A stretch of 64,000 bases of DNA from an uncultured delta proteobacterium (GTDB taxonomy: Bacteria; Myxococcota; Myxococcia; Myxococcales; Anaeromyxobacteraceae), in the NCBI GenBank assembly GCA_963766715.1, contig CAVYBH010000011.1:32001-96000 (forward strand). Reading direction: 5' to 3'. The notes under the pieces were generated by a model. The model was given only the letters and a program-made list of their open reading frames with translations. It was not told the origin of the DNA and did not search any database. This document shows, one piece after another, positions 62,499 through 64,000 of this stretch; positions within the stretch are counted from its first letter, which is position 1; every line of letters starts with the position of its first letter. Position numbers and translations under genes: made by a program.

Positions 62499-64000
62499 GT
62501 GCAAGGGCCGTACTCCGATATCTCCCGCGTCCTCGACGGCGCCCGGCGCCGCCGGCGCTCGGTCGTGACCGTCACCGCCCTCGGCTGGGGGGGCGCTGCC
62601 GTGGCCATCGGCTTGCTCGCCGGGGCCGTGGGGCTGGGAGTCGGGCCGGGTGGGATGGCCAGGTGGCTCCGCCCCGCCTCGCTGGTCGTCGGAGCGATCT
62701 CCGCGCTCGCGGCCGTCGGCTGGGCGGCGTGGTCGCTCTGGCGCACGGCATGGGGCGCGCGCGAGGTGGTGGCCACGGTCGCCGGCGGGGACGAGTCGCT
62801 GCGCTCGGCGCTGCTCTCCGCCGTCGAGCTCGAGCAGGACCGCGCCGGCGCTCGACGCCCGCGGCCTCTCGACGGCCCTGGCCGACGAGCACATCGCCCG
62901 CACCGGGGAGCGGGCGCGGGCGGTCGACCTCTCCCGGGCGGTTCCCGACCGGCCTGCCCGCCGGGCCGGGCTGGCCCTCGTCGGCGCGCTCGCCGCCTGG
63001 GGAGTCGCGTCGCTCCTGCTGGGCCCGAACCTGGGGCGCGGGTGGTCCCGGCTGGTCGCCGGCGTCGCCCAGGCCGCCGGGCCGCCCCGGGCCGAGCCCA
63101 TCACCGGCGACGTCGAGATCACCTACCTCTACCCGGCCCACACCGGCCGCCCCGAGCGGAAGGTCCCCGGGAGCGACGGGGCGATCCAGGCGCCGCGCGG
63201 GACCGAGGTGCGCCTCTCCACCCGCTCCGATCGCCCGGTGAAGGGGGCGCGGATCGCCATCGAGGGGCAGGGCCCGGACGCCCGCCGCGCGGTGGAGCTC
63301 CTCGTGAAGGACCGGCGCGAGCTGTCCGGCTCGTTCCTGGTCGAGGAGCCGGGCTCCTACCGGTTCCAGTTCACCGACGGCAAGGAGGTGACCGTCACCG
63401 GGCCGCCCATCCCGGTGGCCGTCGAGGCCGACGCCTTCCCGGAGGTGCGCATCGCCGTGCCCGCCGGCGAGGTGGAGGTGGCGGCCGACGCCCGGGTCCA
63501 CGTCGAGTGGACCGCCTCGGACGACTACGGGCTGGGGGCGCTCACCCTCGTCCTGAAGCCGCCCGCGGGCGACGAGGAGCGGCGCCCGCTGCGTTCGCTC
63601 GCTCCCGCGCGCCGCGACGCCGGGATCCTTCGAGCTCGACCTCGCGCCCATGCGGCTGGCCGAGGGGGAACGGCTCCTCTACTGGCTGGAGGTCGTGGAC
63701 AACGACACCGTGTCCGGCCCCAAGCGGGCGGCCTCGGCGACCCGGGCGGTGAAGATTCACAGCGAGGCCGAGCACCACCAGCGCATGCTGGCCGAGGCCC
63801 GCCGTCACTGGGAGGAGATGGTGAAGCTGCTCGGCGACCGCCTGGAGCAGCTCCCCCGGGGACAGCCGCCGGAGGTGGCGCGCGTGCAGAAGGGGCTCGC
63901 CCTCGACGGCCGGACCCGGCAGCTGCACGAGCGGCTGCGCGACGCCGCGCAGGCCCTGCGGAAGGAGAAGGCGGCGCCCCGGGATCTCGCCTCCGCGCTC
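62499..64000 (+). CDS. DUF4175-like large membrane protein (3'-truncated by window; frameshifts near 62850 and 63620)
   Basis: N-terminal TMs, ITYLYPAHTG Ig-like region, ASDDYGL, DNDTVSGPK. Confidence 0.7.

Overview
A very GC-rich bacterial chromosomal window. Gene content and order point to Myxococcota, most like Anaeromyxobacter (inferred by eye, not by search). In order it carries: the end of an F1 ATP synthase cluster (atpG-atpD-atpC); gyrA-TPR lipoprotein-hemL; a separate Fo cluster (atpZ/I-atpB-atpE-atpF); ychF; a minus-strand block of mfd, three parvulin foldases, pdxA and a zincin-like gene; hrcA-grpE-dnaK-dnaJ; LppC-like lipoprotein, site-2 protease and DinG helicase; an MglA/SofG-like GTPase coupled to a PocR-domain histidine kinase; thiL; a Dif-like chemosensory cluster (MCP-cheW-cheY-cheA-cheC) running straight into larB-larC and an orphan GAF/PAS kinase; a divergent membrane pyrophosphatase; a ~13 kb surface-polysaccharide locus; an ECF sigma/ZAS anti-sigma pair; and a partial DUF4175-like gene. 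About half the genes carry single-base frameshifts, including essential ones (gyrA, atpB). These are most likely long-read assembly errors, so I give reconstructed gene spans. I saw no rRNA, tRNA, CRISPR array, transposase or prophage. The best candidates for an undescribed system are (i) nickel-pincer cofactor genes translationally coupled inside a chemosensory/kinase operon and (ii) the SofG-like GTPase/PocR-kinase pair. All family calls come from motif recognition; no database searches were run.
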